Shown here one piece after another: positions 46,648 through 48,195 of a stretch of DNA of 48,195 bases (position 1 is the stretch's first letter; every line of letters begins with the position of its first letter). The DNA lies in contig NW_004797386.1 of NCBI RefSeq assembly GCF_000002075.1, positions 1,232,054 to 1,280,248 of the forward strand, written 5' to 3'. Made by a program: the position numbers and the translations under genes. Source of the stretch: Aplysia californica (taxonomy: Eukaryota). The notes beneath the pieces are model-generated. The model saw only the letters and a program-made list of their open reading frames with translations. It was not told where the DNA came from and did not search any database.

Positions 46648-48195
46648 GGCAATGGTTATAAATGAGAAAATTCTCAGCATAACATTTCCAGTAATTTTTT
46701 TCCATTGTCAGGAAAAGAATAGGGAAAAAGGATTTTGATAAATTTTAAGCATGAAATATTAATTTACCCTATTTTCTGCAGTTGTTGCGAGCGCCGTAAA
46801 ACCTTATACTACTACTACTATTTTCTGCAGTTTCCCTTATTTTTTCATAGTATAATAATGCCTTGTATTTGTTTTTGATCCTACCCTGGTCTTTCTCGTT
46901 GAGCTTGGGTGGTTGGTTGGCGCACTGGTGTGGTTTGCCCGTTCTATCCTTGCAAACATCTATTGTCCCTATTTTTCGCCCTCTTTTCTTTGCATTCCAC
47001 TCCCTAGTAGTACCATGGGAGGTTGGTGGGTGCTCAGGTGTGGTTTGCTCCTTCTTTCCTATCCACCATCTATGGCCCTTATCAATCTCTCCTCTTGCTT
47101 ATCTTAGTATGCCGCTCTCTGGTAATACCTCTTATCTTTGGCACTTACATGATGACCTACTTGTGTGGTAAATGACGTACAGCTTTTACTCATCTGTCCT
47201 CGTCGTTTTATGCAAGAAAAATTCTGAAATTATGCAAACTGAGCCCAAAAATGTGAAATTATGCGATTCTGTTAATTTTAACAAAGGATGATAAAGGAAA
47301 ATAATCAGAAATTATGCAAAAAAATGATAAAATTTTGCTAAATTATGCGTGGCACATAAAACCACGAATTGTAAATGGGCTGATTTTTCAATGTCATGCT
47401 CATACTGTGCCGGAACAACATAGGGGGAACTGCTACTTTTACTTTCCTCTCGTAATTTTATCCTCTACTTCCTTTGTATGTTTGTCACTCTCTTGTGAAC
47501 TGCTATTTCCGGAGTGCCTTGATAGTGGAAGCAGACTTTGTGCTGTAGAGGCTAGAGAGGTAAGCGGAGTAAGTCTGATTCCCTGTTTGGACTTCTCTGT
47601 TGACATCCACCCCTTGGTTCTCATATGACTGTATGCAGCTGCGAGCTCCGTAAAACCTTCCTAAGTGGGTGGTTGGTGGGTGCTCTGGTGTGGTTTGCTC
47701 TTTCTTTCCTATGAAACACCTATCATCCTTATTTCTCCTCCTTTTTTTTTGTGTACGTTACTCTCTTGTTACGAGTAATCTATTCTTCCGCACTTATATG
47801 ACCTTATTGTGTTGCAAGTGCCGTAAAACTCTTACTAAAACTAAGTGTCTAGGGACCAGTATCATCATTACCGTGTAGACTAACGGGAAACAAAAGCTCA
47901 GCACCTCAACATCTGATTTATAAAGTTGGAAAATTCAAAACGCATAGAGCATGCTGTAAAGTGTGGATATGGGCTATATTTATATGCAATCATTATTATT
48001 ATGATTATTGTTATAATTTATTATTATTTTTATTATTATTATTATTATTATTATTTATTTGTACATTGCCAACTTACTTTTCCTTTGCTTGTCAGTATTT
48101 TTTTTTGCCTGCAGCTTTGTGCTTGAGGTGCTTGGAATTTGCTGAAAACTTTTGCCATTTGTTTGCTTGTTTTATGTTTTATTTTCCATTTCTGT

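Overview
Repeat-rich eukaryotic genomic DNA with several N gaps. It is probably a gastropod mollusc, inferred from the Meta/MESC-type SINEs, Ingi/Nimb-type LINE remnants, AWWT-TSD MITEs and TTAGGG repeats. I assembled four intron-containing housekeeping genes by hand from GT-AG boundaries; they form two head-to-head pairs. Pair 1 is PDCL/PhLP1 (-, 7 coding exons, 301 aa) with PPIL1 (+, 4 coding exons, 176 aa). Pair 2 is DPM3 (-, 5 coding exons including 6-nt and 30-nt microexons, 99 aa) with SLC35C1 GDP-fucose transporter (+, first 4 exons, runs off the window). Introns and intergenic DNA are full of LINE 3' fragments (Ingi-like, L2-like, RTE-like), tRNA-derived SINEs, an abundant headless ~170-bp retro-element with a covarying 3' hairpin, and many MITEs. 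The most notable unexplained signal is a ~220-bp tandem array in DPM3 intron 1 carrying two twister-ribozyme-like cores, a retrozyme-like arrangement. Other highlights are a Merlin-like MITE carrying a telomeric-repeat hairpin, and clustering of the palindrome TAGATCTA downstream of both bidirectional promoters. All family assignments come from pattern recognition, not database searches.
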